DNA of 64,000 nucleotides, from NCBI GenBank assembly GCA_004295055.1, contig SHNJ01000031.1, forward strand, positions 72,802 to 136,801, in the 5' to 3' direction. This stretch comes from Alphaproteobacteria bacterium. Its GTDB lineage: Bacteria; Pseudomonadota; Alphaproteobacteria; SHNJ01. Of the stretch, positions 18,082-28,508 are shown piece after piece; position 1 is the first letter of the stretch; every line of letters starts with the position of its first letter. A model generated the notes under the pieces. It saw nothing but the letters and a program-made list of their open reading frames with translations, was not told the origin of the DNA and did not search any database. Made by a program: the position numbers and the translations under genes.

Positions 18082-18876
18082 ATGACCAATTCCGTTTTAA
18101 TTTCCAAAGATTCCCCCGGCATTGCCACCATTACGATGAACAAGCCGGATGTGCACAATGCATTTGATGAAAGTTTAATTGCCGATCTTACAAAGGCGGT
18201 AAAACAATTGAATGCCGATTCGGATGTGCGGGTCGTCATTCTGGCCGCGAATGGCAAAAGTTTTTCGGCCGGCGCGGATTTGGGCTGGATGCAAAAGATG
18301 TCCGGTTATTCGGAAGAAGAAAATCTGCGCGATGCACGGTTGCTGGCCGAATTAATGTCGTCGTTGGACCAAATGACCAAACCCACGATTGCGCGCGTTC
18401 AGGGATCGGCGTTTGGCGGCGGCGTTGGGCTGATCGCTTGCTGCGATATTGCGGTATCGGTTTATGATGCCAAATTTGCATTGTCCGAGGCGCGTTTAGG
18501 CCTTATTCCGGCGGTGATTTCGCCTTATGTGGTATCGGCCATCGGTGCGCGCAATGCGCGGCGTTATTTCTTAACCGGTGAACGATTTGATGCAGAACGC
18601 GCATTGGATATGGGGCTTGCGCATCAATTATGTTATGCGGATGAACTCGATAGCGCGGTCGAAGAAATTGTCGATGCGTTATTGGAATGCGGACCCGGCG
18701 CGCAAACGGCATGCAAATATTTAATCCGCCAGGTGCAGTCGGGCAAAAACAATTCTGAATTGATCGAATGGACGGCGCAGCAAATCGCCAAAATCCGCGC
18801 CAGCCACGAAGGCAAGGAAGGCATTTCCGCATTCTTGGAAAAACGCGCGCCAAAATGGTTGAAAAAACGGGCGTAG
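18082..18876 (+). CDS. liuC: Methylglutaconyl-CoA hydratase (enoyl-CoA hydratase/crotonase family)
   Basis: 264 aa crotonase fold (…SFSAGADLGWM…GSAFGGGVGLIACCDIAV…). Position between mccB and mccA. Confidence 0.75.
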   Translation: MTNSVLISKDSPGIATITMNKPDVHNAFDESLIADLTKAVKQLNADSDVRVVILAANGKSFSAGADLGWMQKMSGYSEEENLRDARLLAELMSSLDQMTKPTIARVQGSAFGGGVGLIACCDIAVSVYDAKFALSEARLGLIPAVISPYVVSAIGARNARRYFLTGERFDAERALDMGLAHQLCYADELDSAVEEIVDALLECGPGAQTACKYLIRQVQSGKNNSELIEWTAQQIAKIRASHEGKEGISAFLEKRAPKWLKKRA

Positions 18877-18886
18877 TATTTAAATC

Positions 18887-21046
18887 CTATTTACTAGGCC
18901 TAGAAGACTGCATGCGTTTTACCCGGGCCATATGTTCTGCCCTGGTGCCGCGTATAAGGCTATCGATAGTGCTGGTATAACGGGCCGTAAACTTTTGGGG
19001 ATCGGGAGTGTAGTATAAGCCATTTCTATTGGCTAACGCCGCGATTTTGCCTAGATCGCAGGTTTCCGCGAAAGGCTCTTCCAAAAAAGCTTGTATTGAT
19101 GCGATAGACCTCATTTCCAAAGACATTTGCAGCAATTTCGCAAGTACTGCTAAAGAAGCCAGGCTATGTTCCGAATAGGCAGTAAGTTGGGGCCGTCTCA
19201 TCTGCTGGGGTATTAGAATTTGTTCCATGCAATCGTATAAATCCATCACCGCATCCTTGTTAGGTGCAGGCGCGAATATTTGCTGTAAAACATGTCTCGG
19301 AATTGCATAGCCTTTCGGTACAACCCAATTTTCCAGCGACCAGGAAGAAATAGAAGCATTGGCGCGGTCAATTTCTTCCCGGTTGTGGGCTTGACCTGTA
19401 ATCTGCGCGTGTGCCAGGGAAACTGTGCGATAAGTTCTTCTGTAAATAGGTTTCAGCGCTGTCTGGATGCAAACGTCAACACTGTACTTTAGTACAAGAT
19501 ACAAAAACTTCATTTGTCTATCGCTAACGCAGACTCCGTATCCGGACGCTTTGGCCGCTGCACATAAATCATTGAATTGTATCGGTGCGGAAAAGGGCCT
19601 TGCGGCGTGTGCCGCGAAACTGTCAGGTCCATGGGGATCGAATGTCATAAGACGATACGCCATCGCCCAATCTTCTATACTGAAGGATAAAGGAAACTGA
19701 GTATGTTTATGGCTATATATATTTGCAAACCCATGCGGGAAAAAGGCGAGCGCAATGGCGTGGGCTGCCGTCACGATAGCGTTGTCTTTACCCTTGATAA
19801 GGTTTTCTAAATAGGATGATCGGATAAAAAAACCCGGCGGAATTGCTAAACCCGGTACCAAAGTTTGCGCCAATGGAATGTATTGCGTTGGAAATGGCTT
19901 GCGCAAGTCGGCAAAAGGATCGGTGGCTGGATCTTCGGCCAGATGGATATCGATATCGTATAACAGCACCCGTTCTTTCGGCAGAACATCTTTGATGAGC
20001 GGCATTTTTGGCGCATCCAAGGGGGGTGTGGCGGCTTGGATGATTGCGGTGGGCAGGGCCGGTTGCGCTATATCCGCGCGCTGCGCCTGGTGTTGATACA
20101 AACCGTGCGCTTCCAAGATTGCGCGCATGTTTTTGCGCAGCAAATGTTTTACTTTTCCGAATGCTTCACCCACATCGCTGTCGGCCGTTATTCCGGTGAT
20201 TTGACGCAAAGCTTTGGCGCGGATGTCGATAATGGTTGTATCCCGGCGATAAGGTTGAGCAAAGTTTTTTTGATCCGGGCGGATTCCAAATTCCAATATC
20301 TTGTCCAGGATAGCCAATTCTGTCGGGCTGAAAACTGGTCTCGCACCCAAGCGCAATATACCGGCCAATTCTTGCATCAATTGATTGATACTATTCCAAT
20401 ATCCACTATGGTTTTCGTATTCCATGGGCGGCAACAATAATAACCCGGTTAATGCCAGGGCATAGCCGGTTTCCGCTTGTTGGCGCGCCTCGGGTGTAGA
20501 AAGATCGGCTAAATCGTACCCGCGCAATCGCAACCCGATGGGAATAGTGGGGCAGGATTTATCATGTGTCGTAAGTTCATTCAGAACAGGCAAATGAATA
20601 TGGCGGTCGACAGCAGTGGCTGGTTCAGGTTCTTCGGCATCGGTCAGATTCACGAATCCGAGGCCGGATAGAAAATCCGTCCGTGTTTTTCCGATTTCCA
20701 GAAGATCCCTGTATTTCTTCAGATCAAATTTTTCAGCAGTGTCGGCGGTGATATAACCGGTAACGGCTAAGGCGATTGCGAAATTTTTCAACGCGCCAGG
20801 ATCTACAATGGTAATACGTCCGCCTTTGGGGTGGTATTTCGTCAGAACAATTCCATTGGTATCATAAACCTTAAAATTATGGCCATCGCGCACATGCTGG
20901 AAACCCAATCCAACGCATAGTTTTTCAAATTGCGCCTGGTCGATTTCCGTTACGCTGCTGCGGGAGAAAATAGCCGTTAACAGGCCGCGTTGGCCGTCGC
21001 CCAAACCGGCAATAACGGCATGATCGATTGGTGTTATTCTTGTCAT
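18887..21046 (-). CDS. Large hypothetical protein (719 aa) with HicA/YcfA-like N-terminal region; inserted inside the liu cluster
   Basis: No global family recognised. Residues about 40-95 (LGFQHVRDGHNFKVYDTNGIVLTKYHPKGGRITIVDPGALKNFAIAL) follow the HicA pattern GF..vR..GsHh.f…g..vtvP.H.gk.l..gtl..Il. Confidence 0.45.
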   Translation of the reverse strand: MTRITPIDHAVIAGLGDGQRGLLTAIFSRSSVTEIDQAQFEKLCVGLGFQHVRDGHNFKVYDTNGIVLTKYHPKGGRITIVDPGALKNFAIALAVTGYITADTAEKFDLKKYRDLLEIGKTRTDFLSGLGFVNLTDAEEPEPATAVDRHIHLPVLNELTTHDKSCPTIPIGLRLRGYDLADLSTPEARQQAETGYALALTGLLLLPPMEYENHSGYWNSINQLMQELAGILRLGARPVFSPTELAILDKILEFGIRPDQKNFAQPYRRDTTIIDIRAKALRQITGITADSDVGEAFGKVKHLLRKNMRAILEAHGLYQHQAQRADIAQPALPTAIIQAATPPLDAPKMPLIKDVLPKERVLLYDIDIHLAEDPATDPFADLRKPFPTQYIPLAQTLVPGLAIPPGFFIRSSYLENLIKGKDNAIVTAAHAIALAFFPHGFANIYSHKHTQFPLSFSIEDWAMAYRLMTFDPHGPDSFAAHAARPFSAPIQFNDLCAAAKASGYGVCVSDRQMKFLYLVLKYSVDVCIQTALKPIYRRTYRTVSLAHAQITGQAHNREEIDRANASISSWSLENWVVPKGYAIPRHVLQQIFAPAPNKDAVMDLYDCMEQILIPQQMRRPQLTAYSEHSLASLAVLAKLLQMSLEMRSIASIQAFLEEPFAETCDLGKIAALANRNGLYYTPDPQKFTARYTSTIDSLIRGTRAEHMARVKRMQSSRPSK

Positions 21047-21183
21047 CTATACCCTACTGTTTCCTTATAGAATACTATCGGTCGATTGGTCAAGCCTGAA
21101 TATAATTCCCTTTTTTCACCGGTTTTTTGTGGGAGTTGGAAAGGGATGGCGGTATGATTCCACTTTCAATTTGGTGAATTATC

Positions 21184-23139
21184 GTGTTCAAAAAAATTCT
21201 AATCGCCAATCGTGGCGAAATTGCTTGCCGTATTATTCGCACCGCGCGCCAGATGGGCGTGAAAACCGTTGCGGTATATTCCGATGCCGATGCCAATGCC
21301 CAACATGTGCAAATGGCGGATGAGTCGGTACGCCTCGGCGGTACGACGGCTGCGGAAAGTTATTTGATCAAAGACAAAATTATCGCCGCTGCCAAGCAAA
21401 CGGGGGCGGAGGCGATTCACCCTGGCTATGGGTTCCTATCTGAAAATGCCGATTTTGCCGATTTATGTGTGAAATCGGGTCTTGTATTTATCGGGCCGCC
21501 AGCATCCGCGATTCGCGCGATGGGATCGAAATCCGCGGCGAAAGCCCTGATGCAAAAGGCGAAGGTTCCGGTGGTTCCCGGATATCATGGCGAAGATCAA
21601 GATATCAAAACATTTAAAAAAGAAGCCGCCAAAATCGGCTATCCGGTTTTATTAAAAGCGACGGCAGGCGGCGGCGGCAAAGGCATGCGGATTGTGGAAT
21701 CGGAAGCCGATTTGGAGTCCGCGGTCGCAGGCGCGCAACGCGAGGCGCAATCGTCGTTCGGCGATCCGAAATTGCTCGTTGAAAAATATCTGGTTCGTCC
21801 GCGCCATATCGAAATTCAAGTTTTCGCCGATAATTTTGGCAATACCGTATATTTGTTCGAACGTGATTGTTCGATTCAACGCCGCCACCAAAAAGTAGTC
21901 GAAGAAGCGCCGGCGCCGCATATGCCGGAAAAAACCCGTACTTCTATGGGCAAGGCGGCGGTCGATGCTGCGTGCGCGGTGAATTATTCGGGCGCTGGCA
22001 CGGTGGAATTCATTATGGGCGAGGATGGCAATTTCTATTTCATGGAAATGAACACGCGTCTGCAGGTCGAACATCCGGTGACGGAAATGATCACGGGCAA
22101 AGATCTGGTCGAATGGCAATTGCGCGTGGCATCGGGCGAAAAATTGGGATTCGATCAAAAAGATCTATCGATCAATGGCCACGCGATCGAAGTGCGCCTA
22201 TATGCCGAAGATGCAGACAAAGATTTTCTGCCTGCGACTGGTACGTTGCGCCATTTGGAATTTCCGTCTGCATCACGTCATGTTCGTTGTGATACGGGTG
22301 TGGTAACGGGCGATACGATCACGCCATTTTACGATCCGATGATCGCAAAATTGATCACTTGGGGGGAAACACGCGGCCAAGCCATCGCGCAAATGCAGCA
22401 TTTGCTGCGTGATGTGAAAATCGCTGGGCTTGTGACCAATCTTGGTTTTTTGCGCACGATCATGGCGCATTCTGCCTTTGGCAAAGGCGAGGTCAGCACT
22501 GATTTCATCGCCAAGCACCGCGCCAATTTATTTTATAAGCCAACTGGCGAATTGGCTGATGTTACTATGGCGCTGGCGTGTTTATACCGTATGCGGGAAT
22601 TTTCTTGCGGCACAATACCGATGGGATGGCGTTTATCGGGCGGCGGCGAAAGTTATTTCTATTTTGAGGCAGGCGAGGCGCCAACCACGGTTAAATGTGA
22701 ATTTTCCGGTGACATCTGTCGTTTTCATATTGACGGCCGCGTGTTTGAAATTGCCCATACGGAATTTTGTGACGATGGCGTTTGTTTTACCCTGAATGGC
22801 CATAAAACCGAGGCGGTTGTCGTTACACAAAATGACGATTATTGGATTATGTATAATGGCGATACCGGCCACTGCAAATTCCACCGTTTTGCCGAAGCGG
22901 CCGATCATCGCGGCCATGCCGGCGGTTTGCAATCGCCGATGCCGGGCAAGGTGGTGCAGGTTTTGGTTTCCGCCAATCAAAATGTCGAACGCGGCCAGCC
23001 TTTGCTGATTTTAGAAGCCATGAAAATGGAGCATACGATCAAGGCGCCATCCGGCGGCAAGGTTAAGGAAATTTTCTATAAAGTCGGCGAGCAAGTATCG
23101 GAAGGCGTCGAATTGCTTGCAATCGAAGCGGCAAGCTAA
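21184..23139 (+). CDS. mccA: Methylcrotonyl-CoA carboxylase biotin-carboxylase/BCCP (alpha) subunit
   Basis: 651 aa with ATP-grasp biotin carboxylase (MFKKILIANRGEIACR…) and C-terminal biotinyl domain (EAMKMEH). Confidence 0.85.
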   Translation: MFKKILIANRGEIACRIIRTARQMGVKTVAVYSDADANAQHVQMADESVRLGGTTAAESYLIKDKIIAAAKQTGAEAIHPGYGFLSENADFADLCVKSGLVFIGPPASAIRAMGSKSAAKALMQKAKVPVVPGYHGEDQDIKTFKKEAAKIGYPVLLKATAGGGGKGMRIVESEADLESAVAGAQREAQSSFGDPKLLVEKYLVRPRHIEIQVFADNFGNTVYLFERDCSIQRRHQKVVEEAPAPHMPEKTRTSMGKAAVDAACAVNYSGAGTVEFIMGEDGNFYFMEMNTRLQVEHPVTEMITGKDLVEWQLRVASGEKLGFDQKDLSINGHAIEVRLYAEDADKDFLPATGTLRHLEFPSASRHVRCDTGVVTGDTITPFYDPMIAKLITWGETRGQAIAQMQHLLRDVKIAGLVTNLGFLRTIMAHSAFGKGEVSTDFIAKHRANLFYKPTGELADVTMALACLYRMREFSCGTIPMGWRLSGGGESYFYFEAGEAPTTVKCEFSGDICRFHIDGRVFEIAHTEFCDDGVCFTLNGHKTEAVVVTQNDDYWIMYNGDTGHCKFHRFAEAADHRGHAGGLQSPMPGKVVQVLVSANQNVERGQPLLILEAMKMEHTIKAPSGGKVKEIFYKVGEQVSEGVELLAIEAAS

Positions 23140-24014
23140 TGGCGTTTCCACGATCCATTCAAATTGTCGATGTCACCGCGCGCGACGGATTGCAGAACGA
23201 GGATAAAATCGTTGCAGCCGCCGATAAAATCAGCCTGATTCATCATTTGAATGATTGCGGTTTTTCGCATATTGAAGTGGGATCGTTCGTTGGTCCGGCA
23301 TTAAAGCAAATGGCCGATTCCGACGTAGTTTTTGCGGGGATTGATAAAAAACCTGGCGTGCGGTATTCGGTTTTGGTGCCGAATATGAAGGGCATGGGAC
23401 GCGCGGTATCGGCTGGGGTAAAAACGATTGCGGTGTTCCTTGCTGCATCGGAAACTTTCTCGCAGAAAAATATTAATTGCAGCATTGCCGAAAGCTTGGA
23501 ACGGCTGAACCCAGTTATGGAAGCAGCCAAGGCCAATAAGATCGATGTGCGCGGCTATGTGTCCTGCGTCATGGGCTGCCCGTTCGAAGGCGATATCGCC
23601 CCAGCGAAAGTCGCCGAGGTTTCAGACGCGCTGTATCAAATGGGCGTATATGAAATTTCATTGGGCGATACGATCGGGGTGGGGACGCCGGACAAAACTA
23701 AGGCGTTGTTGGATACTATTACGCCCAAGATTCCAGGATCGAAACTGGCGATGCATTGCCATGATACTTATGGCCATGCGATCGATAATATCGAAATTGC
23801 TCTGCGCGATTATGGAATCCGGGTGGTGGACAGCGCGATTGCCGGGATTGGCGGTTGTCCTTATGCCAAATCGGCGGCTGGAACGCGTGCGCCGGGGAAT
23901 GTGGCCACCGAAAAAGTGCTGCAATTTGCCTCCCGCAATGGGATTCAGACGGATGTTAATCCTGTCGCCGTTGCCAAAGCCGCTGCCCACATTCAGATGA
24001 TGCTAAAAAAATAA
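23139..24014 (+). CDS. hmgL: Hydroxymethylglutaryl-CoA lyase
   Basis: 291 aa. DVTARDGLQNE TIM-barrel start and HCHDTYG metal site. ATG overlaps the mccA stop. Confidence 0.8.
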   Translation: MAFPRSIQIVDVTARDGLQNEDKIVAAADKISLIHHLNDCGFSHIEVGSFVGPALKQMADSDVVFAGIDKKPGVRYSVLVPNMKGMGRAVSAGVKTIAVFLAASETFSQKNINCSIAESLERLNPVMEAAKANKIDVRGYVSCVMGCPFEGDIAPAKVAEVSDALYQMGVYEISLGDTIGVGTPDKTKALLDTITPKIPGSKLAMHCHDTYGHAIDNIEIALRDYGIRVVDSAIAGIGGCPYAKSAAGTRAPGNVATEKVLQFASRNGIQTDVNPVAVAKAAAHIQMMLKK

Positions 24015-24288
24015 TTCCGTCTGCCCAAAATATGCTATAATCAAAGGGTATGAAAAATAGGCCTCAGCAGAAAATAAGTCGAGCAATAACAGGTACGTAA
24101 TATTAAATTCATGCCTATTTTGACTTTTTTGCAAAAAAGTCGTTGACAGTTGTTTCCAAAAGTAAGATATTAATAAATAGGTAAGAAAGATCAGAGGTGT
24201 TGTTAACTTTTGTAATTTTATTACCTTTAAGAACTAATAGCGAAATAAACGCATAAGGAATTGGGTCAGAGAGAAGGAGTGGGTTGAA

Positions 24289-24639
24289 ATGAGTGTAGTA
24301 TTCAAATTCGATCGCGCAGCAGTTGCCGCAGCTTTGGCGGTGATGGGTTATGCCGGCACACCGGGCCATGAAACAAGCTTCAACCGCACCGCTTCTATTA
24401 TTTTAGGCAATGGCATTGGCCAGTCGGGCTTGCAACAAGCTGCTGTCACCATTCAGCATGAAAAAGCGGACCGCGAACAAGCGGTAGCCGGATATATGGC
24501 AAAACACAGCCACCGCCGGGTTGTAGCCGAAGCTGTACAAGCAGGCAATGAATCTGCACGCCGTGTTGGCGCTAAAGTAAGCGACAAAACTCGCGATGCT
24601 GCTCTTGCCGCTGCTGCTGCTCGCAGAGAGCATGCTTAA
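24289..24639 (+). CDS. Small Ala-rich hypothetical protein
   Basis: 116 aa. Strong RBS GAGAAGGAG, 190-bp AT-rich upstream region and its own terminator. No domain recognised. Confidence 0.45.
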   Translation: MSVVFKFDRAAVAAALAVMGYAGTPGHETSFNRTASIILGNGIGQSGLQQAAVTIQHEKADREQAVAGYMAKHSHRRVVAEAVQAGNESARRVGAKVSDKTRDAALAAAAARREHA

Positions 24640-24650
24640 TTAAAAGTTTA

Positions 24651-24690
24651 AAAAAACAAAAAGGCCGCTGTTACAGCGGCCTTTTTTATT
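24651..24690. terminator. Bidirectional rho-independent terminator
   Basis: AAAAAAACAAAAA-GGCCGCTG-TTAC-AGCGGCC-TTTTTTATT between convergent genes. Confidence 0.8.
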
Positions 24691-24701
24691 GGCTGAATAT
24701 T

Positions 24702-25820
24702 TTAAGCCCGGCGGGGGTGGGTGATAGAAGCCACTGGCGTTACCGCAGTATCTTCGTAATATTTGCCGAATCGGTTGGCTAGAAATACCGGCAAGCCGAT
24801 ATCTTCTTGTTTTACGAAACCGGTTTTAGCCAACTTACCGTCGCGATGCAGGTCGACCATGGTGCATAAAGCGGCCGATGTGGTCAATTCAATCGCGCTC
24901 CAAGTCCGGCCATATAACTCGCGGCTGTAAATCTTACGCAGGAAATTTTCCTGTACCAGACGGCCGGCGCGCATGCCGGTTACGGTCACAAACACTAACA
25001 CCACGTCTTGAGTGGTGGATGGAATGCTGGCTTCGAAAATATCTTTTAATAAATCGCGCCGTTCTATTAATCGCAAATCATGCAGCAAGGTTTGGATAAT
25101 ATCGCGGTGGCCGGGATAACGGATGGTTTTATACGCCACATTGCGCGCCTGTCCGGACAAGGAATCGCCCAAAGATCCGATGCCGCCCGATGTGTTGAAT
25201 GCCTCGTATTCGCTTCCATCCAGGGTAAAGTGCTCGATAGAATCGAGGGCCTGCAATTCCACCATTTCGCCTTCGACGATGGCTTCGCAAGGATTGCAAT
25301 ATTCGTTGATCAATCCATCGGTGCTCCAGGTTAAATTGTATTTCAATGCATTGGTTGGAAATTGCGGCAGCGCGCCGACGCGCATGGTGACATCCAAAAT
25401 TTGGTCGAATTTTCCGGCAACGGTATTGGCGGCAATCGAAATAAAGCCCGGCGCCAATCCGCATTGCGGCACCAGGGCGCATTTGGTTTTTTTGGCTAGT
25501 TCCTTGATCGCGCGGGTGGTTTCCACGTCTTCGGTGACATCGAAATAATGCACCCCCAGTTTATGGGCAATGGTGGCAATGGCGGTGTTCAAATAAAACG
25601 GACAAGTGCTAATCACATATTCTTGCCCGGTTAGAATTTTTTCAACTTCATTGGTATTGGCCAGGTCGGCGCGAATGGCGGTTACTGATTTTGCCGCCGG
25701 ATTTTGTAAGGCGTGATCGTTGTTATCGGCGACGGTGACTTTGTAATCGCCGGATTCCGCCAATAATTGCGCGGCTGACCAACCGATTTTGCCAGCGCCT
25801 AAAATTGCAATTTTCTTCAT
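24702..25820 (-). CDS. Saccharopine dehydrogenase family NAD(P)-binding oxidoreductase (possibly carboxynorspermidine/homospermidine-type)
   Basis: MKKIAILGAGKIGWSAAQLL Rossmann start; 372 aa. Family-level call only. Confidence 0.6.
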   Translation of the reverse strand: MKKIAILGAGKIGWSAAQLLAESGDYKVTVADNNDHALQNPAAKSVTAIRADLANTNEVEKILTGQEYVISTCPFYLNTAIATIAHKLGVHYFDVTEDVETTRAIKELAKKTKCALVPQCGLAPGFISIAANTVAGKFDQILDVTMRVGALPQFPTNALKYNLTWSTDGLINEYCNPCEAIVEGEMVELQALDSIEHFTLDGSEYEAFNTSGGIGSLGDSLSGQARNVAYKTIRYPGHRDIIQTLLHDLRLIERRDLLKDIFEASIPSTTQDVVLVFVTVTGMRAGRLVQENFLRKIYSRELYGRTWSAIELTTSAALCTMVDLHRDGKLAKTGFVKQEDIGLPVFLANRFGKYYEDTAVTPVASITHPRRA

Positions 25821-25860
25821 ATTATTTCTCCTAACTACTTCGGCTTATAACCCAGCCGCA

Positions 25861-27333
25861 TTATTGAGTCCAAGTGCCCCAAGTCTTTTTTGTCAAATCA
25901 TACGCCAGAATACGATGATTGTTGGAATCCACCACGAATAAACGGTCGGCGCCATCCCACACAATCCCTTCGGGATCTAGCAGTGGTTTCGGCGCTTCGT
26001 CGGTACAGGTAAAATCTTCGGCAAAATTTTCAACGGTTTGTTTGGCAATATCCAATTTGCGTAAACTGGCGTTAAAACTGTCCGCCGCGATTAAATAATC
26101 CTGGCAAATCGTAATGCCCATAGGGTGCTGGAATCGCGCGGTTTTAAAGGAGCCATTGCGCCGTCCCGATTCCGCCATGCCACGCCCAACGACGGTGCGC
26201 ACATTAAACTGATCGGCTAGATCCAAATACCGGACCGCTGAATTATCGCTGTCGGCAAAGTAAAGCCGGTTATGCTCGGCGGAAAAAGCGAGTCCCGATG
26301 GTTGCGCCAGTTTCGCCGCGCGGCCAGCGCCATCCAGAATATCTTTGGCGCCGCCCCCGGCGAGCGGTTTTAAAACCAAAGTTTTTGTGTCGATCACGCC
26401 GATTTGATGCGTTCCGGAATTGGCGAAGTATAACTGGTCGCCATGCAATTCCATATCAAAGACCGAAGCCAAGCCGACTTCCTTGCCGGGCGCTTCTTTG
26501 GTTAAAGTCAAACCGCGGCGGTTGGTGCCGGCAATCGTGGTAACCGTTTGCGCCTTTAAATCGATTCTGCGGATTAAATGCGTTCCCAGATCGCTGACAT
26601 AAATAACATCTTCGCCGCAGGCAATGCCGTGCGGGTTATCAAAAGCGCAGCGGTTATATTCGCCGTCTAAATTGGCCGGTGCGCCGCGTCCTATGCGTTG
26701 TACTTGCTGTCCTTGATCGTTAAAAATGACAATTTGATGATGTCCCGTATCTGCAACCACCCAATAAAAATTGCCTTTGTACTTCAGGCGTTTCATTTTG
26801 CCTGGGAATAACAGTACACCGCCTTGTTTTTCCGGTTTGGTCAGCTCGGTTCCCGCCGGACGCAACTTGCCTTGGGCCTTGTATTTGCGAACGGCGTTTC
26901 CGACGGCTTCCAATAATTTATCGCCGTCAGGCTCGCCAGCTTGCCGGGCGAAAATCTGTCCATCTGGGGAAACCAGAATCAGCGTAGGCCAGACCTTAAC
27001 GCCATACGCATCCCATAATTTAAATTCCGGATCATGCACCACAGGGTGTTCAATGTGATACCGGGCGATGGCTTTGGATACGTTGATAGGATCGCGTTCG
27101 TAAGGGAAGTTGGGTGAATGGATGCCAAGGATCACTACATCATCTTGAAACGCTTTTTCAATGCGGCGCATACTGGGCAGAATATGCAAACAGTTAATGC
27201 AGGAAAATGTCCAAAAGTCGAGAATCACCAGCCGCCCAAACACCTCGGAGATGCTCAGCGGTTTTGGTACGTTAAACCAAGTCAGGCCCGGTTGGTTAAA
27301 ATCGGGCAGGGAAGTGGCGGTTGTGGTGGACAA
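25861..27333 (-). CDS. Thioredoxin-like (redoxin, CxxC) domain fused to NHL-repeat beta-propeller protein
   Basis: N-terminal …FWTFSCINCLHILP… (CINC redox motif). C-terminal repeated …D…G.IYV.D….H.I… NHL-like blades. Confidence 0.65.
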   Translation of the reverse strand: MSTTTATSLPDFNQPGLTWFNVPKPLSISEVFGRLVILDFWTFSCINCLHILPSMRRIEKAFQDDVVILGIHSPNFPYERDPINVSKAIARYHIEHPVVHDPEFKLWDAYGVKVWPTLILVSPDGQIFARQAGEPDGDKLLEAVGNAVRKYKAQGKLRPAGTELTKPEKQGGVLLFPGKMKRLKYKGNFYWVVADTGHHQIVIFNDQGQQVQRIGRGAPANLDGEYNRCAFDNPHGIACGEDVIYVSDLGTHLIRRIDLKAQTVTTIAGTNRRGLTLTKEAPGKEVGLASVFDMELHGDQLYFANSGTHQIGVIDTKTLVLKPLAGGGAKDILDGAGRAAKLAQPSGLAFSAEHNRLYFADSDNSAVRYLDLADQFNVRTVVGRGMAESGRRNGSFKTARFQHPMGITICQDYLIAADSFNASLRKLDIAKQTVENFAEDFTCTDEAPKPLLDPEGIVWDGADRLFVVDSNNHRILAYDLTKKTWGTWTQ

Positions 27334-27464
27334 TAATTAAACCCTAGAAAAAATGACCATATTTTCTTAGCCTATTTTGGCGGATTTTGCTATAGGGGAG
27401 AGGAAATTATCCATATTTTCTAACATTTTACGGCAATACCGTAACCCTGTTTGGAACCCAAAAA

Positions 27465-28421
27465 ATGAAACAAACCATTTTGGCCCTGACGCCAGAAAAA
27501 ACCAAAGGACTATTGTATTTATTGGGAGCGTGTCTGATTTGGGCCGGCTGGTGGGTATTTAATCGTTACGGCGTCACCAATGGCGTTGATCCATTCGATA
27601 TTGTTGCAATCCGGTTGACGGTGGCGGGTTTGATTTTGCTGCCAATTTTGGTGCGTCGCGGTCTTGGTACGGTTTGGTGGAAGGCGATTCTTATCGCTTG
27701 TTTGGGCGGATTGATTAATTCGCTGGCCTCTATCTATGGCGTGAAATTTGCGCCAGCAAGCCATGGTGCAACCTTGATGCCGGGCATGGTGCCGATTTTC
27801 ACCGCATTGCTCGCTTGGTTGATATTGAATGAAACTATCACTGTGGTGCGGTGGTTAGGGATTGGCTTGGTGATTGGTGGTGCCTTTTTAATCGGTTTTC
27901 CGAATTTAACGCCGGGCAACGACAATCAATGGATCGGGCATTTATTATTTATCGGGGCCTCTTTGTCGTGGTCTTTTTATACGGTATGCGTGCGGTGGTG
28001 GCGTATTGATGCCTGGCATGGCGTAGCCTTAATTGCCGTTGTATCGATGATTTTATATTTGCCAATTTACAGTTTTACTTTTGGCGGCAGAATTTTTGAT
28101 TATCCGGTGTCTACCATTTTGTTCCAAGGATTATATCAAGGCATTCTGACATCGATTTGCGCGATTTTATTTTTCAATTCCGCAATTGCAATTTTTGGCG
28201 CTTCGGGTGCTGGCGCGGCAGGCGCGTTAATTCCAGTGTTAACGGTGATTATGGCCGCTATTTTCCTGGGCGAGATTCCAAGTTGGATCGAAGTTTTGGG
28301 AATCTTTGTGGTCATCGGCGGTATCCCATTTGCCATGGGATTAATTGGCAGCCGCGATGGCAAAGTCCACGACGATATCGAAGATAAAAGCCGCGGGACC
28401 AAGCTTGATACGAAGGCTTAA
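27465..28421 (+). CDS. EamA/DMT-superfamily transporter
   Basis: 318 aa with 10 predicted TM helices and two EamA-like halves. Confidence 0.7.
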   Translation: MKQTILALTPEKTKGLLYLLGACLIWAGWWVFNRYGVTNGVDPFDIVAIRLTVAGLILLPILVRRGLGTVWWKAILIACLGGLINSLASIYGVKFAPASHGATLMPGMVPIFTALLAWLILNETITVVRWLGIGLVIGGAFLIGFPNLTPGNDNQWIGHLLFIGASLSWSFYTVCVRWWRIDAWHGVALIAVVSMILYLPIYSFTFGGRIFDYPVSTILFQGLYQGILTSICAILFFNSAIAIFGASGAGAAGALIPVLTVIMAAIFLGEIPSWIEVLGIFVVIGGIPFAMGLIGSRDGKVHDDIEDKSRGTKLDTKA

Positions 28422-28508
28422 AAACTCATACATAATCATTGGTTTAGTTAACTTGACGGTATAGCATTATACCATTAAGATACGATCCTATCTTTATAGG
28501 ATCCATTA

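Noticed and set aside
25861-27333. Redoxin-NHL fusion as a novel finding
   Set aside because: The thioredoxin-fold plus NHL-repeat architecture is a known widespread combination. It is annotated as a feature only.
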